A stretch of 64,000 nt of DNA from Malacoraja senta. Taxonomy: Eukaryota. Under the pieces are notes generated by a model, which searched no databases, had not been told where the DNA came from, and saw only the letters and a program-made list of their open reading frames with translations. The translations under genes and the position numbers were made by a program. This document shows positions 50,076 to 63,855 of this stretch, piece after piece; position 1 is the first letter of the stretch; each line of letters opens with the position of its first letter. The stretch is from positions 5,892,001 to 5,956,000 of the forward strand of contig CM075996.1 of assembly GCA_038087875.1 (NCBI GenBank). The letters run 5' to 3'.

Positions 50076-51924
50076 AAGGATAAGGAGAAAACTGGAAGAA
50101 AGTCTGGGCAATGGAATGGAAATGGCTGAGCCTGAGGGACCAGTAATGGGGGAAATGAAGTCCATAGACCAAACGGTGGAGGTGGAAGATGGAGGCAATG
50201 GTGGAGAAATTTAAAGATGTAGATAATATAAATGAAACAAGTTTTGAGAGGGATGATCATGGGATTTGGTCAAGGTGGGGGTTGCAGAGTGATGGACATT
50301 ACATGCGGGTTGGGAACCTCAAAGGGAAATCAGGAATGGAAAGTTAGAAAAGCAGTAGAAAAAATAAGCAGACGTTAAGATAAACTCATTGCAACAGGAA
50401 TCAAAGCACTATAAAAAATAAAATGGTGCATTTGCAGTGGGATCAAAGAGATTATTGATACTATTATTAAATAGTTGTAATCTTATTGCCACTGTGAAAA
50501 TATGGCTATAGGTTGACCACAGATGGGAACTAAACATTCCAGAGTATTTGACTGGAAGGATAGGCTAAAAAGAGTAGCTGTAGCATTATTAATGTGAGGG
50601 GATGAATGCAGTGCTGAGAAATAATCTTACCACGATAGATATTCCACAAGAATCAATTTGGGTCAATGCCAAGAAATAGTAAAGGGCTGAAAATGCTGGT
50701 AAGAGCTATTTAGAGGCCAATAAGTAGTGGATGTAATATTGGATGTGGAATTAATTGAGAAATTAGAGGTATGTGCGAGACAGGAGTAATACAGTAATCA
50801 TGGGAAATAACCTATATTTATACTGGATAAATTAAATTTGTTCCAACAGGGTGAAAGGTGAATGCCTAGAATGTTTTTGAGATGCTTTTCTAAATCAGTA
50901 TGTTGAGGAGGCAAGTTGGGTAAAGGATATTTTGGATGTTGTTTTGTGTAATGAAAAAGGGGCACTTTAAGGAGGAGTGACTGTAATATGATAGAATTTG
51001 ACATTAAGTTTGAAAGCCATTGGTACAATGTAAAACTAAGATCTTAAATCCAAACAAAGGAAATTGAGAGCATGAAGGGTAATTGCTGTCAATGGGTAAT
51101 AGAATCCAGGGTAAGTTAATGTGAATGTATAGAGAATAAAGTGTGATTAATGTAATATTGTTTGTCAGCATGGATTTTTAAGGCAAAAGGGCCAGTTTTG
51201 GTAGTATATGAATTTTAGGATGATGATCTCTCATCAGGAAGTGTTATTCTGACAGTGCAACTTCCACTTGTTTCTGTTCTTGAGTAACCAGCTGGAATTT
51301 TGTGCTTGCATCTTCGGAGAACATAAGAAACAGAACAATAAGTAGGCCATATGACCCTTGAAGCATTCTAATATTCAATAAGATCAGGATCTTATCTTCA
51401 CTTTCTCTTGCTAACCCAAGTCACTGACACTTTCCCCAAATTTGTCTTGAAAATTTGTCTGAGCTTCCGCAGCTTCAGTAACATTACCTCTTATTTGAAT
51501 AAACTCTCGAGTACAGGCTCTTCGTAAACATTCTGGAACTTCAAGGATACTATTCTTAAGCATGGAACCCAGAACCTGTATACACCATTCTAGGCCATGT
51601 GTAACAACCCAAAGAAAATAGATTTTTTATATACAACAGTCTATTGGTCCTGGGTAGAGTTTGTATGTTATCTTTTTGACTGTTTGAGTTTCCCCATGGG
51701 TGGTCTGATTTCCTCCTTCATTCTAATGATGTGTGGGTTGGTAGTTTACTTGGGCCCTGGAAATTGTCCCTTGCAAGTATTAGAATCGGAGTGGGGGGGG
51801 GGGGGGGGGGGGATGAATGTGGAGTAAATGTAAAAAATCGGATTAATCTAAATGTCCATTAATTACTTAAAATTAATGTAAACGAATGGAGTCCAAAGAA
51901 GGGTTCCAACTCAAAACATTACCT

Positions 51925-52430
51925 ATCCATCTACATCGGTGAGACCAATGAGCTTGGCGATCGTTTCGCCGAACACCTCCGGTCGGTCCACAATAACCAA
52001 CCTGAACTCCCGGTGGCTCAGCACTTCAACTCCCCCTCCCATTCCGTATCTGACCTCTCTGTCCTGGGTCTCCTCCATGGCCACAGCGAGCAACACCGTA
52101 AATTGGAGGAAATGCACCTCATATTCCGCTTGGGCAGTCTACATCCTGGGGGTTTGAACATTGAATTCTCCCAATTCTGCTAGCCCTTGGTGTCCCCTCC
52201 CCTTCATCAGCCATCTGGTTGTCTCCTCCCCTCCCCCAGCCCTCGGGCTCCTCCTCCGCCTTTTTCCTTTTTTCCTTTCTTCTCCCCACCCCCTATCAGT
52301 CTGAAGAAGGGTTTCGGCCCGAAATGTTACCTATTTCCTTCGCTCCATAGATGCTGCTGCACCCGCTGAGTTTCTCCAGCATTTTTGTGTACCTTCGATT
52401 TTCCAGCATCTGCAGTTCCTTCTTTAACAC
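51925..52430 (+). mobile_element. Penelope-like element fragment: GIY-YIG region + pseudo-LTR
   Basis: IYIGET...LGDRFAEHLRSVH...VAQHFNSP, then CTGAAGAAGGGTTTCGGCCCGAAATGTT at 52301. Confidence 0.85.
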
Positions 52431-52642
52431 ATTACCTATCCATATTCTCCAGAGATGCTGTCTGACTGAAGAAGGGTCTCGACCCGAAACGTTGCCTATT
52501 CCTTCACTCCATAGATGCTGCCTCACCCGCTGAGTTTCTCCAGCATTTTTTGCTACCTTAGATTTTTCCAGTATCTGCAGTTCTTTCTTAAACACTGAGA
52601 TACTCCAGCACTTTGTGTCTATTTTTGGATTAAGATTAATGT

Positions 52643-53332
52643 GTGAGCAGGTGCTATAGACCTGCACGGGAAGGTAGACGCTCCCGCCCCCACGAGTCTC
52701 GGCAGATGGGGCTCGTAAGCCTGGGAAGGCAATCCATCCATCTTAAAAAGGAAATTTTAAAACCTCAACTGCCTTGTGGCTATATCCAGTCATGGAAAAG
52801 GCTCCAGGTGTAAACCGCAAGAAAATCTGGTCGGAGCCCCTAAGGCAGTTCGCCGTTGTCTACAACCTCGCTCTGGCAGCTCCTGCGACGGCGCTGGTGC
52901 TAAACTGTAACGGCCCTGCTGTTCCTTTGGATCGATCAACGACGTGCTGCATGGGCAACAGCCTGTCCTCCATATAATAATAATAATAATAATACATTTT
53001 ATTTATGGGCGCCTTTCAAAAATCTCAAGGACACCGTACAAAGTTTAACAAATAGTAGAAACATGTAAGCAGAATGAAATAAATAGTAAAGACAACACGA
53101 GCACACAAATTAAAGAGAGAATTCAGTCCAAAAACAAAAATCAAAAACACAATATGGAAGAGAGAGCAGCGGCTGCTAAAGCGCGCCAGCGTCCATTCTC
53201 CCTTCCGGCATCCATCTTGGACATAAAATAAAATATCATTAATAATATGACATTGCCCAGGCTTGCATCCGACCAGGATGCATCACCCATGGTCAGTCAT
53301 GACCGAGAGTGGCCTACTACTACTACTACTTG
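52643..53332 (+). mobile_element. RTE-related SINE/fragment with (TAC)n tail, containing a nested minus-strand element with L2-like (TTA)n tail at ~52975-53246
   Basis: GATTAATGT duplicated at 52634-52642 and 53333-53341; RTE-like GCCTGGGAAGGCAATCCATC 5' motif. Confidence 0.55.
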
Positions 53333-54420
53333 GATTAATGTAAATGAATGGTTGATGGTCGGCATCAACCTGGTGGGCCGAAGGGCCTGTTTCCATGCCT
53401 TATGACACTGTGACCTTCTGAAAATAGTTGCTGGCAGAGAAACCTATGCTAGCCGACTATCTAAGAGTGAATAAGATAGATGGTTGGAGAACAAGGAAAT
53501 CGAGAGATGGGGTGAGATGAGCCATAAGCTTGATGAATGGTTCAGCAGGCTCGAGGGGCCGCATGGTGAAGGTTGCAGCCTGGCTGGCCTGCAGTGCCGG
53601 CTCCGGCCCGTGGCGGCGCCCGCACTCCAGTAATCGGGGCCCGGGGAGCATTCTCCCATCACCACGGCAACGGCTCCCTCGTGTCCCCGACAACGAACCC
53701 CCTAACCCCGGGCGCCGAACTTTCCCGAGTCCCGGCCGAAACGATTGAACTCAAGCCGATCAGAAGGCTTCAATACGGACTCGTTATGAGGATCGGAACA
53801 ATCCAAAGGATTATGCTTTCTTCCCGCATCTGCAGCTCCTTCTTACACCATTACGTTTTCTTTTTTTCGCCCTCTCGATCTACGCCCTGGTGCTTGGACT
53901 CGGTGACATCCCTCGCTCCCCTTTGGAGCCTCGGCCGCCGAGTGTTTCCGAAGCTGGCGGGCGCCGGCTGCCGAAGGCTCCACAGGCAACGACATCCTCT
54001 CTCTGCTCCCCCCTGCCCCCACTCGGCGCGCGCGGGGGGAGCTGCTGGCGGCGGAGGCGGGGACTCATGCATGCGCGGCGCCGGGCACCAGCACGCGCCG
54101 AGTGGGGGCTCGTGCACGCGCGGGCGCGCCAAGCTAGGCCATTTTTTTCAAAGATTGTTTTCCGCTCCCGCTCCCCAGCGTCTCTCTCTAGCTGTGTTTT
54201 GTGTGTGTTAGAGTGTGAGGTAAAACTCGGCGCCGTCGCCCCCGCACTTCTGCGTGAGATTGCCACGCCGTTAGCCGCCGTGTTTGGTGTAAAAAGTGGT
54301 TGTTGTTTTTTTTTAATTGTTAGCCCGAGGGATATTTTTTATTTTTTTTTCCTCCCCCACCCCGCGCGGTCGTCCGGTTTCATCGCGCTCGGCCCGTCCG
54401 CCGAGTCCGGGAACACCGCC

Positions 54421-54458
54421 CCACCACCACCACCACCACCACCACCACCACCACCACC
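54421..54458 (+). repeat. (CCA)n trinucleotide repeat in the 5' UTR
   Basis: ~12 CCA units ending ~30 nt upstream of the ATG at 54488. Confidence 0.9.
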
Positions 54459-54487
54459 TTCTCCTCCTCACCTCGAGTCCCGAGCCC

Positions 54488-54664
54488 ATGGCGGCGGAGC
54501 CGGTGGCCGGTGGCGACTTCGGCCCCGAACCTGGCCCCGAGCGAATGCTCCGAGGTCTGAAGCGGGACGAGCCGGGAGATGAGGCGGCGGCCGAGGCGAA
54601 GAGACAGCGGCTGGAAGCGAGAGTGAACCCCGGAGAGAACGGGATGAACAGCGAGGCCGCACAG
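54488..54664 (+). CDS. First coding exon (59 aa) of an unidentified, probably nuclear protein; the gene continues beyond the window
   Basis: CCCATGGCG start, MAAEPVAGGDFGPEPGPERMLRGLKRDEPGDEAAAEAKRQRLEARVNPGENGMNSEAAQ, then CAG|GTAAGC donor; KR-x11-KRQR bipartite NLS-like motif; CpG-island context. Confidence 0.75.
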
Positions 54665-57600
54665 GTAAGCAGGAGAGGCGGACAGGGTGGCTGGTGACCC
54701 CTACCCCCGCCCCCCCAACTGGGGCTGGTCTAGAGCCCTCGAAGTGACCCCGCCACCCGAACTCTCCCCCCCCCCGTAAAGTACCCCTCTCGATGTGCCC
54801 CATAACCCCCTTAAGATACCCACTCTTCGCCCCCCCCAAAATTACCCCCACCCTTCCAATTTACCCCAACCCCTCCAAATCCCCCCCTATCCCCAACCCT
54901 CTCCACTGGATCCCCTCTCACGGTGTGGCCTCGGACCCCCCCTCCACAATGTGGCTCCGGACATCACCCTCCCCCTCACAAGGGGCCCTCTCCAGAATGG
55001 GCCTCCGCTCCATTTTGGCTTCGACGTCGTGATGTACTTGACTGCTTCCCACAACCTTCATTCAGTGAGACAGAAACGGTCTTGAAACACGCAGCGAAGC
55101 CCTCAGAGACGCCTCGAACAATACTTAACCCAGTGCCTGTATCTTTCACCCTTATTGGCTACCTCGTCCTTTGAAATATCCCGCTGCTTTAAAATAGTGG
55201 GTAAACTATGCCCTGTGCCCTGGTCTGAGTTGGAGCTAAGTGCCTTGAAGAGGACTGGGGTTGATGTTAGTGTCAAGAGTGGGGTCAGTGTTGGGAGTGG
55301 GACCGACGATTTTCAGAAAAGACAGATGTTCCCATTTCCAGGGATAGGGTCAATGTTATGCCAGTGCCAATTATGGGGATGGTGGCAAATGTCAGGAGCG
55401 GAACATTTCTCTGCAACTAGTGTCAGGCTGTGTATGGACTTGGGAATAGATACATTTGTCGAGTCTGGAAGCTTGCGGCGTTTTGTTTGTTAGTTAATGT
55501 CTTGAATAGCTCGCCATTGAAGCTGTGTCCAAGGATATTGTCAAGGTTTGTTAGTCGTTCTCTTGGATAAGCTGACAGGGACGAGGTGTGGTAAATCCAG
55601 CAGTCTACATTATGTGATGTCATTTAAAAAAATAATTTAAACTTCTATTGTGGCCAGGAAACAAGTCTGGAAATGATAAAGTACTGTGTTGTTTTAGAAC
55701 TTTGGACCAAAGTGAATTGGAGCTGAATATAAGTTGATTTGAGAGTCACTATTTGAAATTTACAAAAGGACACAAAGTGCTGGACTAACTCCACAAGTCA
55801 GGCAGCATCTCTGGAGAACATAAGTGGTTTTGGGTCGAGGCCATTCTTTGGACACTATTTACCCAATTTACATTGTAGCCAGGAATTATGTTAAAATCAA
55901 ATCCATAAATGTGGGGAGAGGAGTGAAGTAATTTTAATTTATAGGTGACATTTTTGCTCGTGTAAATTGAATGGCTGTAGTTTCAGAACATTCAAAAGGA
56001 AAGCGAATTGACAGATTGCCTCATTTGATGTTGCACATTGTTGATTCCTGCATTCCAGCCAACAGCAAATCCCCCCAATTTCCCCCCTTTTTCAATCTAG
56101 TAAGAACATTAAAGACAAGCTTTGCTCTGCAGATTGATCCCAGTGTTGTAATTATTGTGCATGCCATCTAAATCGTGTAGGCGAGTACACCTTATGAAAA
56201 TCTGCAAAGATTAACGCAAAATGAATCTTCAGTTTTCAGTAAATTGAGAATATATTGATTCCTGAGAATTAACATATTCTAAATGTAATATTGAGAGTGC
56301 GAGGTGAGTGACAAAGCAATGAAAAGTGTTAGGGAAATAAGAGCATCATATTGCATGATGTGACACAGCTGCTGTGGCAGAGTGTACTTGTGTTGCCATT
56401 TGGCTAATATAGGAATCTGAGGAAAAACAATCATATTTATAAACTTGCATTTAGATTTTGCTTTATTGGGTGTCACTGAATGCTCCAAAGCATGTTAGTA
56501 AAATGTAGTCTCTTATATAGACATATGCTGTAGATATCTTATGCACGGTAATATTGCTATATCAAAGTCTGGTCAGTCATTTATTTTAACATTATTTCAT
56601 TGTGGTAAAGTAATATTAGAGAATTTTCTCTATCTTCAAAAAATTGTGTCTGATATCTAACATTATTTGAAGCCATTAAGATAGAAGATATGGCTTTGGG
56701 TTAAATATATGGGAAGGATAGAGAATTGTTGTAAGTGATTTTAAAATGCAAGAGTATTGAGGAATGTGGAACCAATGTTAGTAAATTAATGACACAATCA
56801 GCCATGATTGGTTTTCCAATGGGGAAATATATCCTGGAAACTGGCTTACTTCTGTGATTGTCTGGTCTCAATACTGCAATGCTAGTCCAGTTTATATTAT
56901 CAAATCCTGGAATGGTGGTTGAATCAACATCAGACTCTTGGCAAAAGTAGGTAAAATCACCCCTTGTGAAAAGTTCTTAAATGCTCATCAGAAATGTTTC
57001 TCAGTGTGAACATAATCAGTTATATGTGCAAACATTAGCGATTCATCCTTGCAAATGCTGTATATGTTCAAATTTGCCAAAGCAAGCTGTATATACCAGC
57101 TTGTATTGATATGGTAACTGCAAGAGAGCATCCTTGTAAAGAGATGAAAATTGACTGAACCAATAAAGGAAATAAGAGTGAATGACAAAAAAATTGATTA
57201 AAGCGAGAGATTCAAAAAAGGGAATTTCAGGCCTTGGTAGGTATGCTGTGATCTAGGTTGAAGGATGGCTATCTAGGTAGCTGTGATCCATGGTATTTAC
57301 TTTTCATTTTATTGCTGAACGTGAACATGTTATTTAGTCTAAACAAATGTCATGCTAACCATCAAAATCCTGATACAAGAGAAGATCATCAGGCAGGCAG
57401 AGGAAATTATTCAAGGTTGTGCTCAGCCTTCTTGAAGGAAAGAACCATCCCCACTAAAGATGGGAATCCCATGCCCATGATTGCACAAGGTGGAGATGGA
57501 GCATTCATGATAGTATGGAAGAGTCTATGCATCACGTCCACACCACCTAAAATCTACCCACCTACTTACATGCTCTGCCAGGCACTACCTATCCCAAGTG

Positions 57601-60600
57601 TGGTAAGTCCGCAGTTCCCAAATTGGCCTCGTCAGGCATTCAGAATATGAGTAGAATTAGGCCATCCTTGAACTTGAGGAACTGCCTAAGGAGAGCCACA
57701 TTTCCCAGCTCAATATAATATCAAACTATTGGAAGCATTGTGAAATGCAAATTGGTGAACGAAGCTTTGTTTATCATTTAAAAAATACTCCACTTTATGT
57801 TGTAGTGTCTCCAGCAGGAAAATACATATGGTTAACTCAATGAATTAGTCCATTTATATAATTATGGACTAACGACTAAAACTGTTGACTTTTCGTGCTA
57901 TGGTGCAATGCTGCATATTAAGTAACAATTTCTGATTTATTTCAGCACAACTGAAGTACTGTTGCACACCTGTGTGGTGGGTAAACGTATGTTCTGCACA
58001 AGTTTCTAATACTGATCATTGTCAGGTACCTCATTTGGAAGTACATAGGTTAGATGTGGAAAGGATTGCACTGAACTGTCATTCACATGCACATTGATCT
58101 TCATTGTTCTGGTGAAGCTTGCAAGGCATGTATTTAGGTTTGGTACTGGAGAACTATATCCTGTGGATAGTTAACATTAAACTTTTTTTTGTTCCATAAA
58201 CTACTGTACTGTAACTCTAAAAATATAAATGGAAAAAAAATTGTTCTTTTAAACTTTGCGTAATGTGTAAACATAGAGATACAAATGCATCATTGTATAA
58301 CTTGGAATGATTTAGGTCTGCAGTTGAGAATAATATAAACTTAGTATCTTGAGAGAAAAACTGCTCTCATGTCTGTTGAATTGGAAAGTTAACACACATC
58401 AGCAGCTGCCATTGTAAATATTTGTGTAAATGCACAATGATTCATGAAAGTGAAAATAATTGGTTCATCAATCAATTATTTGAAAATATATGTTGTAATT
58501 TTCAGAATTAATTTAATGTTTACTCAGATTCTACATGGTTTAGAAATGGCCTGCTGCAATAAATAGTATGTTACTGATGATGGTGAATTCTGTGTATCCT
58601 TTTACTTGCGATGTTCCTGTTGTAAGAGAATGCCCAAGAGGAATAGAGATTTCAACCTCTGGAAAATCAGTTTGATGTGAAAATCGTACTCGAGTTAGAT
58701 ATTCTATGTATTGGGCCCTTTGACTTTCAAGATAAGGCAGGCACATTTGGCCATTGACTTTGAGAGAGTAGAGTGGAGCTGGAAAAAGGAATATAAGAAT
58801 TTTAATTCCCTTCATGAGGTAAACATTTCTCAAATAAGTTGTCAAATTAAATCTTTATCTCAAAATTAAAAGCAAGATCATAGATATGAACAAAATTGAT
58901 GAAAAGTAAATTTTAGGGTTAATATTACCTGGTTTATTTGCTTTCGATTGATAACAACAAACAGCAATGTGAATGGGTTGAGATGTATTGTTGAGACAAG
59001 AAGATGGCCTTCTATGACTTTGGTTTAAATTGTTAATAATTTTGCATACTCATGAAAATAATCATATACCTGTTTCTACAAACCATAATGAAAAATTCTA
59101 ATCATGCAATTGACAGTGCATGATCTTGCAGGCTCTTGACGTCTTTTTTAATGCAGATTTTAAAACTAGTGAAATTCCGTATTGCTTTTGGTCATTTTTG
59201 GCGCTTTTTCTTGTTATATGATCCTGGATATATTATGCCTTTTTGTTTAGACCTTGTTTGCCGTTCCCAAAATTTCAGGAAATGGGATAGTGATACTTTG
59301 TATTGGAAAATTCATTTCCCACACTATTCCTGAAACATAACCCTATTCTATGTAATTATTATTGGTTACTTTATGATTTATAACTTTCCGAACCTGGTGC
59401 ATTCTTTTTAGCATTTTGTAGAATCCAGAAACATAGTCTAAGTAAAGAAAAAAATAATCTTCTAAAAAAAAATTAAATTAGAAGGAATGCTGGTTTCCTG
59501 TGATTTTTCTTTTAAAACCTGTTAAGTAATTTGGGAGTAGTGTGGAGAGGAGCCTGCCTTGAGCATTCTTTATAAATTGGATGAGATTTGCCTCCTAATG
59601 CTCCTGGGTACAACAGCACTTAATCTGTTCCAGATCATGACAGATAAAGCTTGTTTCATTGCTGCTTATCCAGTTTAGAATGGACAAAGCTGCTTTAGTT
59701 GGGATTGTATAAATCAGATTAGTGATATTGTCATTGGTTTCTGACATTTGTTCCTTCTGCTTAGTCATAAGTTAATTTGTAAAGGTATTTTTGTTGAATG
59801 AAATACACTTATTATTTTATACACCATATGTTTCATTTTGCCAACATCTTGTGCTGGTGCTCAATGTCTAATATTTGAAACGTGATTAAGCTATTTAATG
59901 TTATTTAGAGAGGGGGACTGGTAGGGGCAAGGTACTAGAGGAAATCAGCAGCCTTAATTGAACAATAGAGAATAGAAACATATGCAAGTTGATTTGGTGC
60001 GTGTGTGACCATGGGCTGAAATTAGTCCCGTATCAGCAGCAGCGCAATCCTTTGGTTGATGTGACTTTGTTCTGGGTACTCGATGGTAGAAATTGGTTTT
60101 GTGAAACAAAATGAGTTTTGCTTGCATTTATTCGGCCTGCCAGAACATCTAGCCATGAGGGACACAATTTGATTAATTATGGAAAAAGCCTTAATCCTTC
60201 CTAGTTCTCAGTCCATAGTTCCATAGGTTACGGCACCTCCACATCCACATACTTTTTAAATGTGAAAGATTTTGCTTCTATCAACAGGTTTTAAATCCTC
60301 AATTCTCTGGATCGGTGGGGGGGGAGGGTCACTTTTTTTTGACTCTGCGAGTCATGTCTTGAATCTATGTCCTCTAGTTATTTTTCTATATGAGAGAAAT
60401 ACAAAAGTTATCCTATAAACCATCAGTTCAATCTAAAGTGATGAAGGAGTGTTATTGGAATGGTATGAGGAAATTTTAGTTTAAGGAAACTGAAGAAGTG
60501 TGATTGTTATCTGCAGCAGAGAAAGGTAAGGAGAAATGTTCATAATTATGAAAGATTTTGATCATTATGAAGAGATTTGGTAGTCTGCACAGTTTTAAGG

Positions 60601-61059
60601 TAAATGACAAGAAGACCAGAGTAACATAAGAAAACTATTTTTAATGCATTGAATAGTTTTGAAGTTGGTGGATGTTTAATTTGATTGAAATGTTCATAAC
60701 AGAATAAAATTGTGAACACAAAACTCGACTGTGGGGAATGAACTGAAAAATAGGACTGTTGGATCCCGTACCATAAAGCCATGACTGGCATCAATTTTCA
60801 GTTGCATAATTATGGATTAGCTAGGTATGCGTTCACAGTAAAAATATTGTACAACTGGCACAATACATTCAGTCACTAATCATTAGTATAGAATGTAAAT
60901 AGTTAAATATTTATCCCACTGGTACATTACAGTTTACCAATCGGAATATAATCTTTGTTCCCACTGTTCTTTTTCAATACATAACATAATACAGTGACGT
61001 TATTTGTTGTCAACATTTCTATCTCGAACTATAATACAAAAATAGCGTTTTTCCATGTA

Positions 61060-62696
61060 CAGTGCCCTCCATAATGTTTGGGACATAGACCCATCATTTA
61101 TTTATTTGCCTCTGTACTCCACAATTTGAGATTTGTAATAGAAAAAAAATCATATGTGGTTAAAGTACACATTGTCAGATTTTAATAAAGGCCATTTTTA
61201 TACATTTTGGTTTCAACGTGTAGAAATGACAGTTGTGTTTATACATAGTCCCCCCCATTTCAAGGCACCATAATGTTTGGGGGACAGCAATGTCATGTAA
61301 ATGAAAGTAGTCATGTTTAGTATTTTGTTGCATATCCTTTGCATGCAATAACTGCTTGAAGTCTGCGATTCATGGACATCACCAGTTGCTGGGTGTCTTC
61401 TCTGGTGATGCTCTGCCAGGCCTGTATTGCAGCCATCTTTAGCTTATGTTTGTTTTGGGGGCTAGTCCCCTTCAGTTTTCTCTTCAGCCTATGAAATACA
61501 TGCTCAATTGGGTTCAGATCAGGTGATTGACTTAATCACTCAAGAATTGACCATATTTTAACTTTGAAAAACACCTTTGTTGCTTTAGCAGTATGTTTGG
61601 GATCATTTTCTTGCTGTAGAATGAATCCCCAGCCAATGAGTTTTGAGGCATTTGTTTAAACTTGAGCATATAAGATGTGTGTATACACTTCAGAATTCAT
61701 TATGCTACTACCATCAGCAGTTGTATCATCAATGAAGATAAGTGAGCCAAAACCTTCAGCAGCCCAGGCCAAAACACCCCCACCACTGTGTTTCACAGAC
61801 GAGGTGGTATGCTTTGTGTCTTGGGTAGTTCCCTTCAGTTTTCTCTTTAGCATATGAAAGACATACTTTGCTCTTGCCATCAATCTGATATAAGTTAATC
61901 TTCATCTCATCTGTCCACAAGACCTTTTTCCAGAACTGTGGTTACTCTTTTAAGTACTTCTTGGCAAACTGTAACCTGGGCCATCCTATTTTTGCGGCTA
62001 ACCAGTGGTTTGCATCTTTCAGTGTCGCCTCTGTATTTCTGTTCATGAAGTCTTCTGCGGACTGTGGTCATTGACAAATGCACACCTGACTCCTGAAGAG
62101 TGTTTCTGATCTGTCGGACAGGTGTTTGGGGATGTTTCTTTATTATAGTGAGTATTCTTCTGTCATAAGGCTGTGGAGGTATTCCTTGGCCTGCCAGTCC
62201 CATTGCGATTAGTAAGCTCACCAGTGCTCTCTTTCTTCTTAATGATGTTCCAAACAGTTGATTTTGGTAAGCCTAAGGTTTGAGTGATGTCTCTAACAGT
62301 TTTATTCTTATTTCTCAGTCTCATATTGGTTTCTTTGACTTTCATTGGCACAACTTTGGACCTCATGTTGATAAACAGCAATAAAAGTTTCCAAAGGTGA
62401 TGGAAAGACTAGGCGCTGAGAGCTCTTTTACGCCTGCATTAAGGAGGCATTTAAACACACCTGAGCAATTACAAACACCTGTGAAGCCATGTGTCCCAAA
62501 CATTATGGTGCCCTGAAATGGGGGAACTATGTATAAACACAGCTGTAATTTCTATATGGTGAAACCAAAATGTACAAAAAATACCCTTTAATAAAATCTG
62601 ACTACACTTTAACCACGTGATTTTTTCTATTACAAATCTCAAATTGTGGATTGCAGAGGCAAATAAATAACTTATGGGTCTTTATGGAGGGCACTG
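61060..62696 (-). mobile_element. Tc1/mariner (Tc1, DD34E, IR/DR-type) DNA transposon, decayed
   Basis: TA TSD (61058-61059 / 62697-62698); ~205-225 bp TIRs (61060-61285, 62492-62696) beginning CAGTGCCCTCCATAA with internal direct repeats CCATAATGTTTGGG(G)ACA. Confidence 0.93.
61317..62366 (-). pseudogene. Tc1 transposase pseudogene
   Basis: MRSKVVPMKVKE...LPKSTVWNIIKK...GRPR, WTDE, VKHSGGGV, QQENDPKH-34aa-SPDLNPIE, RLQAVIACKGYATKY*; frameshifts and an in-frame stop. Confidence 0.9.
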
Positions 62697-62814
62697 TATG
62701 ATGCACCAATTTGCAGATGTTAAAATGTGAAATAAAACGTTGTTTGCGTTTCCATGTACTTGATGTGAAAATAAATGAGAAAAAAGGGAGACATGAGAAC
62801 TGATATGGTATACA

Positions 62815-63855
62815 TAGCAATGTTACAAAATTTTGAGATTTAAAAAATAAAGTCTGCAATTTATCCCATCAGATAAAGCATAAAAAGAAGTTTAATTTGA
62901 CACTTAATTCACTTTCATATCTTCAGTATTAAAAAAGTTATGGCCATTATCATACTCAGAAATTAGCATCTAGTTCCCTATTGCTTTTCCATTGACTTAA
63001 CACAAAAGCTGTGATCGAGGACAGTTAAAAGCCCATAACTTTCTTAAAAATTATGGTAACTGAAAGAAATTTTCAGGTATTATAGATTGAAGCATTCTGA
63101 AACAAATATGAAACAATCTTACTTCGAAGACATGAAAGTAAAGCATATAATTAGTTAGTTACCTAATTGTAGCTAATTACAAAATTCAATTACTAGATCT
63201 AAACATCTATCAATTTCTTAAGAATAGATTAACATTTTTAAATAGCCTAAGTGTCCAAATAACATTCACACAATAATTCACAATATAACATAATTTTTAA
63301 ATCTAATTTTCATGAATTTACAGGCCAAATGGAAGGAATTGAATGTTTAATACCTGTAAATTAATGGGCATTTAATTCATCTTGCGAGTGAGAATTTCTG
63401 GAACGCGATCTTTTGGAACGTTCATTTGCGGTGAATTTAACCCCGTATTGGCATGAAAAATACTGCCGTTAATTCGGGGAATAAAATCACCGTGTCGCAT
63501 GAAAAAATGTGAATTAAAGGCTTCTTAAGAAGCACTTTTATACATTTAAAGAAAGCACTTTCGTTTACCTGTCCATTGTGTGAAATCCGTCCCCGTTATT
63601 GGCGTTGACGCTTCAGGAGCTGCTTTTAAAATTATTGTAGCGCTGACATTGACGATTTAATTTTTCAAAAAAATTCACAAATCGCCGGTAGGAACGATTT
63701 TGTCAGCAAAGTTTTGTACTCCAACAAAATATTTCCAGGACAAGGGAGGAGAAACCGCGTTTTAACCCCGCCCCCCCCTTAAAGGCGCCAAAATCGCGCA
63801 CACGGCCAGTGGCAGAATTACAGCGCGACTGAAGGTAAGTTTTGTAACATACCTA
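62815..63855. mobile_element. Non-autonomous DNA transposon, TAG...CTA termini, 7-bp TSD (hAT-like, superfamily uncertain)
   Basis: Imperfect TIRs TAGCAATGTTACAAAA / TTTTGTAACATACCTA; GTATACA duplicated at 62808-62814 and 63856-63862; no ORF. Confidence 0.75.

Larger units (their letters stand above)
53560..54700 (+). promoter_or_regulatory. CpG island / promoter and 5' UTR of the downstream + strand gene
   Basis: Very CpG-rich stretch ending in a coding first exon with a consensus donor. Confidence 0.7.
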
